Below, piece by piece: positions 14,030-30,613 of a stretch of DNA of 64,000 nucleotides. The position numbers and the translations under genes are program-made. The notes under the pieces are model-generated. The model saw only the letters and a program-made list of their open reading frames with translations. It was not told the origin of the DNA and searched no databases. Source of the DNA: Octopus vulgaris (taxonomy: Eukaryota); NCBI GenBank assembly GCA_951406725.2, contig OX597826.1, positions 58,404,001 through 58,468,000 on the forward strand. The letters run 5' to 3'. Position 1 is the first letter of the stretch. The number at the start of each line of letters is the position of its first letter.

Positions 14030-14653
14030 TGTTTATGGTCGGCTTCAGCTCGTATGGGAGCACTGGGTTCGTCAGTTTCCATCCAATCTCCTCGGCTGGT
14101 ATTTGTACCGAAAGTGACTTTGGAGTTCAAGTCAGTGGTGAAAGAATTGTGGGCAGAACTCGCACGGGATGGTCGGTGAAGGTCGAGGATGATTGAAAAC
14201 GTTCCTTTCTTCTCCTGCATTTTGCCTCCGCATTCTGTTCTGCTCGAAGGAGCTGGCTCCATTGCGGATAGCAGTCCTCTAGGCTGTCCTATCCATGGCA
14301 ATCTGTTCTCATGAGGATAGCTGGATGTTAGCTTGAGCCAAGGTCCGTTTGAGCTGGTCTTTGAAACGGAATTTCGGACCTCCTTTGGGTCTTGTTCCGA
14401 TTGCAATTTCTCTGTAGAGCATTGTATGTTGAGGATCTGTCGTAGATTCGATTGCTGGAAGCATTCAAGGCGCTTGAAGTCACGGCGGTACAACGTCCAA
14501 GTCTCAAAAGCGTAGAATAGAGTTGAAATGACAATGGCACGGAAGACTATGATCTTGGTCCGGATGGTCCACGCGTGATTGAAGAATACGTTGGCTGAGT
14601 CTGCCGAAGGCGGAGTGGGCCACCCCAATCCTGTTCTCCACGTCCCTTTCAAA
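14030..14653 (-). mobile_element. RTE/BovB-like LINE 3' fragment
   Basis: TIRTKIIVFRAIVISTLFYAFETWTLYRRDFKRLECFQQSNLRQILNI is a classic RTE post-RT region. Frameshifted. Confidence 0.85.
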
Positions 14654-14927
14654 TATGTATATGTATATATATGTATGTATCTATGAGTGTATGCCTTTGT
14701 ATCTGTGTTTGTCCCTCCCCCATTCGCCGCGCTCGACAACCGCTGTTAGTGTGTTTACGTCCCCGTAACATCAGTGGTTCGGCAAAAGAGACCGATAGAA
14801 TAAGTACGAGGATTAAGATATAAATCCTGCGGTCAATTTGTTCGACTAAAAGCCCTTCCAAGCGATGCTCCAGCATGACCGCTCTCAAATGACTGAAACA
14901 AGTAAAAGAATAATGGAATAAAAGAAT
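14654..14927 (+). mobile_element. SINE family A 3' half (inverted relative to its 5' half)
   Basis: tgtgtttgtccctcccc...gaccgatagaataagtac...gactgaaacaagtaaaagaa. Confidence 0.85.
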
Positions 14928-14947
14928 ATATATTTATATACACATAG

Positions 14948-15065
14948 ATAACCTCCACGTTTGAAAGGGACGTGGAGAACAGGATTGGGGTGGCCCACTC
15001 CGCCTTCGGCAGACTCAGCCAACGTATTCTTCAATCACGCGTGGACCATCCGGACCAAGATCATA
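14948..15065 (+). mobile_element. Inverted duplicate of the RTE segment
   Basis: ITSTFERDVENRIGVAHSAFGRLSQRI. Positions 14960-15065 are the exact reverse complement of 14548-14653. Confidence 0.9.
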
Positions 15066-15084
15066 TATATATATATATATATAT

Positions 15085-15222
15085 ACCACAGTCTTCTTTC
15101 AGTTTCCGTCTAACAAATCCATTCATAAGGCTTTGGTGGGCTTGAGGCTATAGTAGAAGGCATTTGCCGAAGGTGCCACGCAGTGGGACTGAACCCGGAA
15201 CCGTGTGGTTGAGACGCAAGCT
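15085..15222 (-). mobile_element. SINE family A 5' half
   Basis: Reverse complement of the head aaccacacggttccgggttcagtcccactgcgtggcacc...ggaaactgaaagaag. Confidence 0.85.
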
Positions 15223-15562
15223 ACGTATGCATATAGATATGTATAAGCATATGTATATATAATTATTTCTCTTCCGCTTTAATCTCTCCTTTTGGCTACA
15301 TATACACGCATACAACGATTCTCACTACATCGTCCAACCAAATACACATACATTCACGCACGCGTGCGCGTACACCCAAACACACATTCACATGTATGCA
15401 GACAGACAGACACACACACACACACACAGACACTCACACAGAGGCTTAGAATTATGCGCATCCACAAATTTCAATCCCGAAAACATAGACAAACGTCCAC
15501 ACATTCAGCATTCAGATTAAAATTTACTCGTGTCTACGTACACACCCTTGCACCCCCATCGT

Positions 15563-16225
<663 letters not shown>

Positions 16226-17419
16226 CACACAATCACAAACAACCACACATTCAACACATATGCACACACCCAACCGTTCCTCCTCCACACATCCATCTCC
16301 CCCACACACCCACATCCTCCACACATCATCCTCCACCTCTCACCCTCCTTTTCCACACATCCTCCTCCTTACTCTCCCTGTCTCCCCCTCCTCTCTCACA
16401 CAGATATTACACACATAAGCATAGACATTCACACATAAACACATACACGCATATAACTCACGTCCATACACATGTACATACATACATGCACACAACTCAC
16501 CTTCATACACCCATACATTCACGCATACACACATATACACATACATGCACATGCATCGCCTTCATACACACCTTCACACTCACACATACACGTACACATA
16601 CATGCAAAATTCACTTCATACATCTACACATATACACCTTCACACACACATATGCGCATACACACACACAATTCACCTTCATACACACATCCACATATAT
16701 ACACACACACACAAATCCGTTTCATAAACACAACTCCACAGTCATATACACACATACACACACATAAATTACCTTCATACATCCACACATATATATATAT
16801 ATATACACACATACACACACCTATGAATCACCTTCACACACACAAACACACACATACACACATATATATATACAAATATACACACATAATTCCAGTCATA
16901 TACATACATACACACACATAAATTACCTTCATACATCTACATATATACACACAAACACATACCTATGAATCACCTTCACACACACAGACACATATACACT
17001 AACACACACAAACACATACACACACACACAAACACAGACACACACACACACACATATATATACATACACACACCTAATTCCTCTCCATACCTCCATACAC
17101 CCATGCATTCACTCCCCCAGACACATCTACTCCCAACCCCCACCCAGTGTGGAGATAAATCTGATTAAATCCAAATTAAGGCAGATCAACAGTGTTAACA
17201 GATTGTCGAAGACAGAATGTGGCGGGGGGTAGGGACGAGGTGGGGGGTGGAGGTTAGTTTTGCTAATCTTCGTTTTGAAAAAAAAATCCCTTTTGTTAAA
17301 ATAAATAAATAAATAAATAAATAAATAAAATAAAAAATTTCGTTTTGTATGTTTTCTCTAATATTTCTAAGACAACTTAGTTTTCCAATCCTCCTTGTGG
17401 TTCCCACCCTTATGTACAA

Positions 17420-17510
17420 GCATACATACATACATGCATGCATACATACATACATACATACATACATACATACATACATACATACATACATACATACATA
17501 CATACATACA

Positions 17511-17541
<31 letters not shown>

Positions 17542-17563
17542 CATAAATACATGCATACATACA

Positions 17564-17594
<31 letters not shown>

Positions 17595-17684
17595 CATACA
17601 TACATACATGCATGCACACATACATACATACATACATACATACATACATACATACATACATACATACATACATGCATACATACA

Positions 17685-17715
<31 letters not shown>

Positions 17716-17740
17716 CATGCATGCATACATACATTACATA
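17420..17740. repeat. (TACA)n microsatellite
   Basis: Directly visible. Confidence 0.95.
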
Positions 17741-17785
17741 AATACACATTTACCTACTTAACGCATGTATGAATGAACATATATA

Positions 17786-17821
<36 letters not shown>

Positions 17822-18474
17822 TATATGTATATATGTATATATGTATATATGTATATATATATATATATATATATAAATATATATGCATGTATGTATATGT
17901 ACATGTATGTATATATTTATGTATGTATAAGTGTATATATGTGTGTGTTGGATGTAGTATGTATGTAGATATATGTATATATGCTGGTATATAATCCCTT
18001 TTGGGAATATAGATTTTAGAATTTGTCGCGTTGAAATCTTTGAAACGTGTTCATGTAATGACAGACTCCACCCTTAGAATCTTTACACATCGTCGACACG
18101 CCTTCCTTCCTTCCTTCCTTTTTATCCTTCCTTCCTTCCTTCCTTCCTTCCTTGTTTCTTTTTTTTTTTTATCCATTCTCGTGGTATTTATGGAATTGGT
18201 TGATTTGTTTAACTTACAAATATTTTACTTGCTTTTTATATTTTACGAACAAACGTTCAAATCTCATCGAAGAAGATAACCGTTTCCTGTTTCTTCGGTA
18301 TCAATAAAATGAAGTCCTAGTCTTGTATCAGAGTTCGTTGCCATCGACTTAATATTCCTCCCATAAAAATGACTGACCGTGTGCCTAAATTTGATGCAAT
18401 TATTATTTTATGAACATCCTTAATTCTTCTATATTACTTACATTCACAAGTGTTCTTTAATATTGTTCTTGTTT

Positions 18475-18860
18475 AAGGCGGCGAGCTGGCAGAAACGTTA
18501 GTGCGCCGGGCGAAATGTCTTGCAGTATTTCGTCTGCCGTTACGTTCTGAGTTCAAATTCCGCCGAGTCGACTTTGCCTTTTATCGTTTCGGGGTCGATT
18601 AAATAAGTACCAGTTACGCATTGGGGTCGATGTAATCGACTTAATCCGTTTGTCTGTCCTCGTTTGTTTTCTCTGTGTTTAGACCCTTGTGGATAGTAAA
18701 GAAATAGGTATTTCGTCTGCCGTTACGTTCTGAGTTCAAATTCCGCCGAGGTCGACTTTGCCTTTCATCCTTTCGGTCTCGATAAATTAAGTACCAGTTG
18801 CGTGCTGGGGTCGACTGGCCACCTCCCAGAAATTTCGGGCCTTGTGCCTAGGTAGAAAAG
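18475..18860 (+). mobile_element. SINE family B dimer with 16-bp target-site duplication
   Basis: AATATTGTTCTTGTTT at 18459-18474 and 18861-18876, with two cores between. Confidence 0.9.
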
Positions 18861-19185
18861 AATATTGTTCTTGTTTGTCGCAATGGAGAAGATTTATGAT
18901 TATTATTATATGTCGTGTATTGATGGCTACATCGTTATATTATGGGTTTTTATATTTTACGAACAAACGTTCAAATCTCATCGAAGATAACTGTTTCCTG
19001 TTTCTTCGGTATCAATAAAATGAAGTCCTAGTCTTGTATTAGGGTTCGTTGCCATCGACTTAATATTCCTCCCATAAAAATGACTGACCGTGTGCCTAAA
19101 TTTGATGTAATTATTATTTTATGAACATTCTTAGTTCTTCTATATTCCTTACATTCACAAGTACTCTTTAATATTGTTCTTGTTT

Positions 19186-19705
19186 AAGGCGGCAAGCTGG
19201 CAGAAACGTTAGCGCGCCGGGCGAAATGCTTTCGTCTGTCGTTACGTTCTGAGTTCAAATTCCGCCGAGGTCGACTTTGCGTTTTATCGTTTCGGGGTCG
19301 ATTAAATAAGTACCAGTTACGCATTGGGGTCGATATAATCGACTTAATCCGTTTCTCTGTCCTTGTTTGTCCCCACTGTGTGTAGCCCCTTGTAGGCAGT
19401 CAAGAAATAGGTATTTCGTCTGCCGCTACGTTCTGAGTTCAAATTCCGCCGAGGTCGACTTTGCCTTTCATCCTTTCGGTCTCGATAAATTAAGTACCAG
19501 TTACGCACTGTGGTCGATGTAATCGACTTAATCCGTTTGTCTGTCCTCGTTTGTCTTCTCTGTGTTTAGCCCCTTGTGGGTAGTAAAGAAATAGGTATTT
19601 CGTCTGTCTTCACGTTCTGAGTTTAAATTCCGCCGAGGTCGACTTTGCCTTTCATCCTTTCGGTCTCGATAAATCAAGTACCAGTTGTAAATTAAGTACC
19701 AGTTG
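19186..19705 (+). mobile_element. SINE family B trimer (about 184-bp period)
   Basis: ttcgtctg...gttctgagtt units at about 19231, 19411 and 19595. Confidence 0.9.
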
Positions 19706-20454
19706 TAATGCTCCCGCTTCCTCAATGTTTCAACAAAAATGACAGTAAGATAATATGGAGGAGGAAAAAATTAGCTGCTATTTTTCCAATGCTCCTGCCT
19801 CCACAATGCCGTAAGAAAAATGACAATAAGATAATAGCGAGGAAGAAAAAAAATTAGCTCCTATTTTTATGACGCGGAGAGACCATATAAACATTCCCTC
19901 GTTAGCTCGTTTGCAAAATATACATTATTCAAAAATGATCAAACCTGACTTTTTCACAGTCCTTCAACAAAGTTATACGCGAGATATCTCAACACTAAAT
20001 TATCGAGTATTATGCTCGTAGACCAAACTAGCTTCCAGGATATAACATACCACACTGACATACCATTCTGAAGAATGCTGAATGCTGAATGCTTCCTGAG
20101 AGAATGCAGATAGGTGACAGCGGAGGCAGAAAGGAAGATGGGCGCAAAATATAAGGTATGGGAGTTTGCTGGTTAAGAAGGAAGTGCCAGAATTTTTTTT
20201 TAAATACATGTTATTCAAATTGCTTAAGAGAATTTATCAAGTTTTCTCTCCTTTTAAAGACGATTCTTGTTCTCCTTATCTTATTATTACTAAGACAAAA
20301 CTTTTTTTTTTTCCCCCAAGAAGCCATACCTCGCCAGAAACATCTACCCTTCTCCCGCCATCTTACATTCTTCAAGATAAGAGAAGGAACGACCAATTCG
20401 TATTAAGTGAGGCATTACGTTTTGATTTTTGCTTTTTTTTTTTGCCTTACGACA

Positions 20455-21265
20455 TATTCTACGTTGATGATGGTAGTAGTGATGATGATGTTGATGATGA
20501 TGATGATGATGATGCTGTGACAATGTTGATGATATGATGAGGATGATGATCATAGGTATGATAATGATTATGATCATGGTGGAAACCGTGGAGATGAGGC
20601 TGAGTTGAAGTGAGGACGGAAGAGAAGGAGCTGGGGGATACAGGAGCTGGGGAAAGAAGAGGCGGTTGAGGAAAAGGGGGAAGAGGAAGAAAAAGAGCAA
20701 GAGATGGACAAAAGGAGGGAAAGGGGAGGATGTGGGAAAGATGAAGCAGACGAGGAGGGAATGGAGGAAGGGCATAATGAAGAAGAGGAGACGGAGGGGG
20801 AAGAAGAAAAGTGATAATGATAATGTTGGCGATGACAACATGATGACGATCAAGATGACGGCAACGGCAAAGAAGATGCTGCTGCTTCTGCAGATCATAT
20901 TGATGATGATGATGACTGTGGTGATGATGATGACGATGGTAGTGGTGGTGATGGTGGTGGTGATGATGATGGTGATGATAATGATGATGATGAGGAGGAA
21001 GATGACGAAGATGATGATGATGATGATGACTGTGGTGATGATGACAACGGTGGTGGTGGTGGTGATGATGGTGATGATGTTGATAATGATGATAATCATT
21101 CATCGTCATGATGGGGATGATGATAGTGAAGGTAATAATGACAATGATGATGAGGTTGAGGATGACGAAGATGATAATGATGATGATAATGACTGGTGAT
21201 GATGACGAGGGTAGTGGTGGTGATGGTGGTGATGATAATGATGATGATGAAGAGGAAGCGGACGA

Positions 21266-21297
<32 letters not shown>

Positions 21298-21510
21298 CCA
21301 TAGTGGTGGTGGTGGTGGTGGTGATGATGAGGATGATGTTGATGATGATGATGATGATGAATGTGGTGATGATGATGGCCATGGTGGTGATGGTGGTGGT
21401 GGTGGTGGTGATGTTGATGACGATGATGTTGATGATAATGATGTTGATGATGATGATGACGAAGATGATGATGACGATGATGATGATGATGGATGTGATG
21501 ATGATAATGA
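20455..21510. repeat. (GAT/GGT)n and GA-rich low-complexity tract
   Basis: Directly visible; source of poly-H/I/M ORFs. Confidence 0.9.
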
Positions 21511-21713
21511 TTTTGGTGTCATATTTAAAGGGGATTACGATTAAGAATGATCATTCTGCCGCCGACCAACACGACGTACACAACTGGTGTCTTACGTAAT
21601 TATTCTCGTTCAGTTCATGTCCAATCTACACACTGTAAAAAAATATTTAAGAAAACAGAAATCAATCAGACAGCATGGCGTGGTTCTTGATATTCATCAT
21701 CGCCATCACCATC

Positions 21714-21747
<34 letters not shown>

Positions 21748-21853
21748 TCGAAGAGACAGTTTGTTGTCCGGTCTTAAACAATTAGCTAGAGTAAGCAAAA
21801 TCGAAAGTTCTGAGAAATGAAATGACAACGACGTTAACACTACCACCACCACC

Positions 21854-21885
<32 letters not shown>

Positions 21886-21914
21886 CAACAAACGACAATT
21901 ACAATGGTAATAAT

Positions 21915-23701
<1,787 letters not shown>

Positions 23702-23711
23702 AATAATAATA

Positions 23712-23826
<115 letters not shown>

Positions 23827-24506
23827 GGGACAATATCAACAATAGCTACAACGAAATCAGCAAGCTACAAGATATACATTTCCTATGGACTAATTCCAAA
23901 AGTAGTAACCCAAGAATTGAATATGTGGTACCAGACAGCTGAGATTAAAGCCTGAAACAATACCAGCAACATGACAATGATGACATCTTTTTCTATTCAC
24001 CACCGTTGAGTGGTATTTATATATCGACCGTAAAAGGATAAAACACTATCTATTTATCGACATTAAAAGGATAAAGCATGGTATCTATTTATCGACCTTA
24101 AAAAGATAAAACATATAACCGACCTCGATCGGACTTGAACTCAGCTCACTGAGAATCAGAAGCAATAGGACAAATTCGCCTCCTGCCTACTCCATAAAAA
24201 AGAAACGAAATTTATTAAAAACAAATTTTTCCTCAACGCAGACAACGTAATTTTCTGTTGCTGATGAGCGCTGCACTTAACCATGACGCAAGCAGGTTGC
24301 ATTGAAACACAATAATTGTACCATTTTTCCTGTCTTATTCAAAAGGCTCTATAAACGCTTTGTAGCTCCAAGTCTTCACCGCCGCCCACAAAACCAACCA
24401 AATTTATAAATAAATAGATGAAAATAAAAAAAATCACATGCATACACACACATGAACATTCACACACAGAAATACGCACATACATGTTCATAAAAACACA
24501 CGTGTA

Positions 24507-24550
<44 letters not shown>

Positions 24551-24601
24551 TACGTGAATTTATATACTAAGGTTATATGTATGCATGTATGTATATATGC
24601 A

Positions 24602-24643
<42 letters not shown>

Positions 24644-24766
24644 CATGAATATACACATATGATTATATACATATATATATGTATAGCAAATGTATATGTA
24701 TATGCATATAAATTCATCGATATGAATATATGTATCTTTCTCTCCCTCCCTCTTTCTGTCTCTCTT

Positions 24767-24800
<34 letters not shown>

Positions 24801-24813
24801 AATATATATGTAT

Positions 24814-24876
<63 letters not shown>

Positions 24877-24927
24877 AACATTATCTGTGTATGTATACAT
24901 GTCTGTATGCAAAATGAACTTTCAAGC

Positions 24928-24960
<33 letters not shown>

Positions 24961-25092
24961 AAAGAATGCAACTCAAAATATTCTCTGGTTAGTAATTGCT
25001 TTGGCAACAATATCATCATTATCATCGTCATCATCATCATCACCATCACCGTCATCATCACCATCACCTTCATCATCATCATCATCATCATC

Positions 25093-25126
<34 letters not shown>

Positions 25127-25784
25127 TCATCATCGTCGTCGTCGTCGTTGTCGTCCTCCACCTCCTCCTCATCATCATCATAAGCATCATCAACAACAAC
25201 AACAACAACAACAGCAACAACACAACAACAACAACAACAACAGCTAACATCAAATGTAGCATCAAATATCTGCGGACAAGAATTTTTTATTTCACATCAG
25301 TATTTCATCATATTTCGTGGAGTTATACTTGTAAGAACAACAACAACATCAACAACAACCACGACAACAGCAACAGCAACAAAAACAACAGTAGTAGTAG
25401 CAGCAGCAACAACAACAACAACAACAACAACGACAATAATTCTAACCAGCAATTTTATTCCGTTATATTTTTGTTATGGAGTTTGTCTATTTTGTTGAAT
25501 TTGTTTTTCTGATCGTATTTTCATTATTAGTATTATTAGTATTATTTTATTGCAGCGGGTTGCATTTAAAATTCTGCATTGACAACAGCACAAGACATGC
25601 AACGGTCTTTTAGTATCTGTGCATAATTTGCCTGAAGACTGTGTCTTTTGTATTAGACATAAATTTTACTGTGGGAAGAAAAATGAAGGACGGTCTGAAG
25701 AATTAAGAAGACATAAAGAAAAGGAAAATATATATATATATATACAAACAATGTCAAAACAAAACATTACAGAAAAGCAAATAC

Positions 25785-25817
<33 letters not shown>

Positions 25818-25927
25818 TGTAGTATTAGAACAACAACAACAACATATACTACTACTACTACCACTGCTGTTACTGCTGCTGCTACTTTTGCCGCTGCTGC
25901 TGCTGTTACAACTACAACTGTTACGAA

Positions 25928-26001
<74 letters not shown>

Positions 26002-26003
26002 TG

Positions 26004-26072
<69 letters not shown>

Positions 26073-26095
26073 GCTGCTGTTGCTGCGACTACTAG

Positions 26096-26137
<42 letters not shown>

Positions 26138-26143
26138 TGCTGC

Positions 26144-26191
<48 letters not shown>

Positions 26192-26205
26192 TAATAATAA
26201 TGATG

Positions 26206-26242
<37 letters not shown>

Positions 26243-26334
26243 TGATAATAATAATAATAATAATGATACTGATGTATTGATGATGGTAATAATACCAGTA
26301 ATAATAACATGGCTGCTGTTGCTGCGACTACTAG

Positions 26335-26412
<78 letters not shown>

Positions 26413-26946
26413 CACTGCTGCTGCTGCTATTAGTATGTGTATTAGTTGCGCTTTACGTAGTCATGAATGCCAAAGACGTTCTGTGGTCGAGGTTGTTGGA
26501 AGTGCGGATGGCGTGGGAAGAAAAGGAAGAAGACGAAGAAGAAGAAGAAGAAGAAGAAGAAGAAGAAGAAGAAGAAGAAGAAGAAGAAGAAGAAGAAGGA
26601 GGAGGAGGAGGAGGAGAAGAAGAAGAAGAAGAAGAAGAAGAAGAGAATAATTTGTCATTTAATGCACAATTCTCCCCGGGCTGCATGCATAAGCATATAC
26701 ATACATACATACATACATACATACATACATACATACATACATACATACATGCATACATAAAAATATACATACATGCATACATAAAAATATACATACACAA
26801 ATATGTAGATACATATATAAGTACATACATACATTCACAAATGTATGCACACACGAACACACTCTCATAAGACACGTTCATTCACATATAAGTGCATGGT
26901 TTATGTACTTATACGTAAAATACGCGTGTACACGCACACACGTGCT

Positions 26947-26991
<45 letters not shown>

Positions 26992-27537
26992 GTGTGTGTG
27001 TGTGTAACTGTAAGTAAAGTATTTATATATATGTATATTTTACATCAGTACATAATGTACATATACATGTATTCATATATATGCATATATATACATATAT
27101 ATATATATAAACATATATATGCATAAATATATATACATGCATACATGTTTATACTTACATACATAGACAGATGGCTGTACATACATATATACATATATCT
27201 ATGTATATCTATATGTATATGCGTATATACTTATATATACATACATACATACATACATACATATACTTGTGTATGTGCATATATAAATATATATGCATGT
27301 GTGTGCATGTATGTATATGGTATAGAACTTAAAGTTTAAAGGTAGTTGTTAGTCAATAGTTCCATCCTGGCTTTACGCTGGTTTACTATGAAAATCAATA
27401 GCATTTGAGTTTTGAGATCATTAGATGAATATATATGATAAATAGGCTAAAAAAAATAAATAAGGTTGTATTTGAATACCTTAACAAAAGGGTATTTTCT
27501 TCCAATGGCAACCATTTATTTTTTCCTTTTATAAAGG

Positions 27538-27622
<85 letters not shown>

Positions 27623-27729
27623 ATGTCTGTATATACTATATGTACAAACCGCTGAGTAACTGAACTGAAATAAGAGGTATGCAAAAAAGAATGAATATAG
27701 GAATAATAGAATGAGCCATTACGAGTAAA

Positions 27730-27793
<64 letters not shown>

Positions 27794-28416
27794 TTTTGTA
27801 TAAATGAAAAATGTAATATGTGAAAGAATGAATATGAACAGCATAGAATTGCAGTTTGGCCATAGTTTGATAGTGTTATGCAATCTGTATAGCGTTTTTT
27901 TTCTGACATAAAGACTACGACATGAAACCAATAGACAGGCTGTGTATATAAATACATTATATATACTACATATGTATGTGTGTACGTGTGTGTACATCTA
28001 TATATATACATATACACTTATGTATATATACATGCACATACACATAGCTTATTTCTCCTTTTTCGAGATCAGTGACAGTTTGACGCTGGAAAAAGCGTAC
28101 AGTATTTTGCGTGTGGAATGAGATTTCATCAATAGCTTGTGATTAAAATACGCTGAGGACGGGTAACCATCCAGTAACCTTAATCCGTGTGTATCACGTA
28201 AGGCTAGAAATGGGAACAGTGATTTCCCCTCGCAAACAAATACTAATTGGACACAGAATGTGCGTCGTTAGCCTGCTGGAAGAGATGTCTTCCTGGGGCT
28301 ATAAACGTCAGTAGCACTGTCCTGCATAGGACACCATACTTGATTGGCAATTACATATATCTATATATGAATGCATGTATGAATGTGGATGTCAATGTGA
28401 ATACCTGTGCACCCGC

Positions 28417-28648
28417 ACGAGGGGTTGCTGAAAAGCTTTTGGCTTTAGGGGTATCGCTTTAGGGGTATGGCTTTAGGGGTATTGGAGGCCCAACCTTCCC
28501 AGTTCTTTTACAGGATTTTAAAAACTGAAGGATCACTGCAACAACTCTGTGAATCTGAAACGGGAATATACTGAATAAAATTGTAATTAACTGATAGTCC
28601 TGTATTTTCTTTTACCCAAAACCAGAAAATTTTCAGCACATTCTCGAA
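28417..28648. mobile_element. Short Tc1/mariner-type MITE
   Basis: Imperfect terminal inverted repeats CGAGGGGTTGCTGAAAAGCTTTTGG / CCAGAAAATTTTCAGCACATTCTCG; internal 14-bp GCTTTAGGGGTAT-type unit x3. Confidence 0.6.
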
Positions 28649-28759
28649 TATATTTCTGTGCGTACAATAGTTTGTGTGTGTGCCTCTCTCTCTATATATA
28701 TACATACATGTGTGTGTACGTGCGTGTGTGTGTGTGTGTGTTTTACCTCGTATCGAGAA

Positions 28760-29005
28760 TTTAGCTTTATCTTTGCTGGACGTTTCCTTTATAGTGATAC
28801 CATTGATGGTTCTGTGGGCCAATTCTTACATAGAAGAGTCGATGGCATTGGCTGCATGGTAATTTGGCGGCTGGGAACGAGGTTGATTTTATCGAGCCAT
28901 TCTCTTCTGTCGTTTGATTTCTTCCATTTCTCTTTTGGGGGCTTCGAAGATATTGCTTCCAATATTGGTGAAAAACACCACCACTTTGTACGTTCTTGAG
29001 TTTGT
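28760..29005 (-). pseudogene. Possible decayed THAP-domain fragment (P-element/THAP transposase-like)
   Basis: KPPKEKWKKSNDRREWLDKI...STLLCKNWPTEPSMVSL*RKRP resembles THAP P...W...CxxHW...KxRP. It has a stop codon and His is replaced by Asn. Confidence 0.35.
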
Positions 29006-29068
29006 ATAAACATTATATGTGAGAGTTTGCGTGTTGTGTGTGAGTTTGTGTGTGTTTGTCTGTGCGTG

Positions 29069-29099
<31 letters not shown>

Positions 29100-29706
29100 A
29101 TGTATGTATCTATGTATGTACGTATATATTTATATAGGCAAATCAAAAATAAAAACAAATGTAAGAAAAAACAAACAAAAGTTTAAAAGATGTATACAGT
29201 GGATGTGTTAGGAAGGCGCTTAGAGAAAGTTTAAGATAGAAAAAAAGAGCAGGTGTAACGTTCCGAGCGTCTTCCCTGCATTTCTTAGGAGAGTTCTCGC
29301 CTGTAGATCGAAGTGGTGTGAAACTCAAGTGGGCAAATCAACATGAAAATTGAATAAACAGAATGCTCTACAGTACTTATTGGACATTTCTCGCGTTAGT
29401 GTTCGACACAGTACAATATTTGTATATTTGTGTATGTGTTAGTATATATATTTTCATATATCAATATATATCTTTTTATATCTGTTTGTGGGCATGGACG
29501 TGTGTGTTTGTGTCTATGTGAGCGTGTGTGTACTAGTGTGTGTCTTTTATCTATTTTTATTTATAGCCTTATCAAGCAGTCTATAAATGTAATGCACATA
29601 CTGCTGTATTTCGATGCCTATGTGATGCGAATATGGTATATATATATATATATATATGCATATAAAGGTATATATATTCATATGCAGATAGAGAGAAAGG
29701 AGGGTA

Positions 29707-29745
<39 letters not shown>

Positions 29746-29856
29746 CTGAAGACTATTGACACAATAATAGTATTACACAATGAAATTCATTTGTTTCTAC
29801 TTATCTTCGTGTGTATGAATATGTATATACATTTTTGTGTATGAATATGTAAATAC

Positions 29857-29941
<85 letters not shown>

Positions 29942-30536
29942 TGCGTAATATGTGTGTGTGTATTTATATATGTATATATGTATATATATATATATGTATA
30001 CCTATTATATATATACATGTATCTGTATGTATATGTGTATATAGATGCATGTACGAATAATTGTAAGTATATATATGTATGCTATATATTTATCTATCTG
30101 TATATTTATACATATGTATGTATGGTAAGAGTTATTTTTCCCAGCTTGCATGGAAAAATCTTTCATGCGTCATTGCGAAGCATTAATATTTACATAAGAA
30201 GTAAATTTATTTTAAAGAAATCAAATTGTACCCCCCGCCTCTCCTTTCCTTCTCCTTCACTAGAAAAGTCAAAAGACAATGAAGCGATGCACACACATGC
30301 ACAGCCTTACTTATGCACCCGTTTGCACATGCACATACTTATGACAAATATGCCGTCAATCACACATACATACATATAAAGAGTGAAAATATATTAAATA
30401 TTCATTTCCGCCTGGGGCAAGCGCCATCTGTCTACAAATCGATCAAGATGGCTGCCATTTTTGCCTTCGTTAATTTATTTTACTTGCCAAGCTTCCTTCA
30501 TTACTTACATGCCCTTTCCCTACATTTCTTATTTCC

Positions 30537-30613
<77 letters not shown>

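Larger units (their letters stand above)
18233..19705. repeat. Local tandem duplication (offset about 714 bp) of unique flank plus SINE B multimer
   Basis: ttttacgaacaaacgttcaaatctcatcgaaga...tattgttcttgtttaaggcgg at 18241 and 18955. Confidence 0.9.

Noticed and set aside
13993-14739. 248-aa ORF as a host gene
   Set aside because: It is a chimera of SINE, microsatellite and frameshifted RTE sequence.
19186-19705. CRISPR-like regular array
   Set aside because: The units are whole SINE-derived repeats of about 184 bp without unique spacers, in a eukaryotic context with no cas genes.
24255-24325. CTGATGA...GAAAC possible hammerhead
   Set aside because: No convincing stem I or stem II pairing next to the core.
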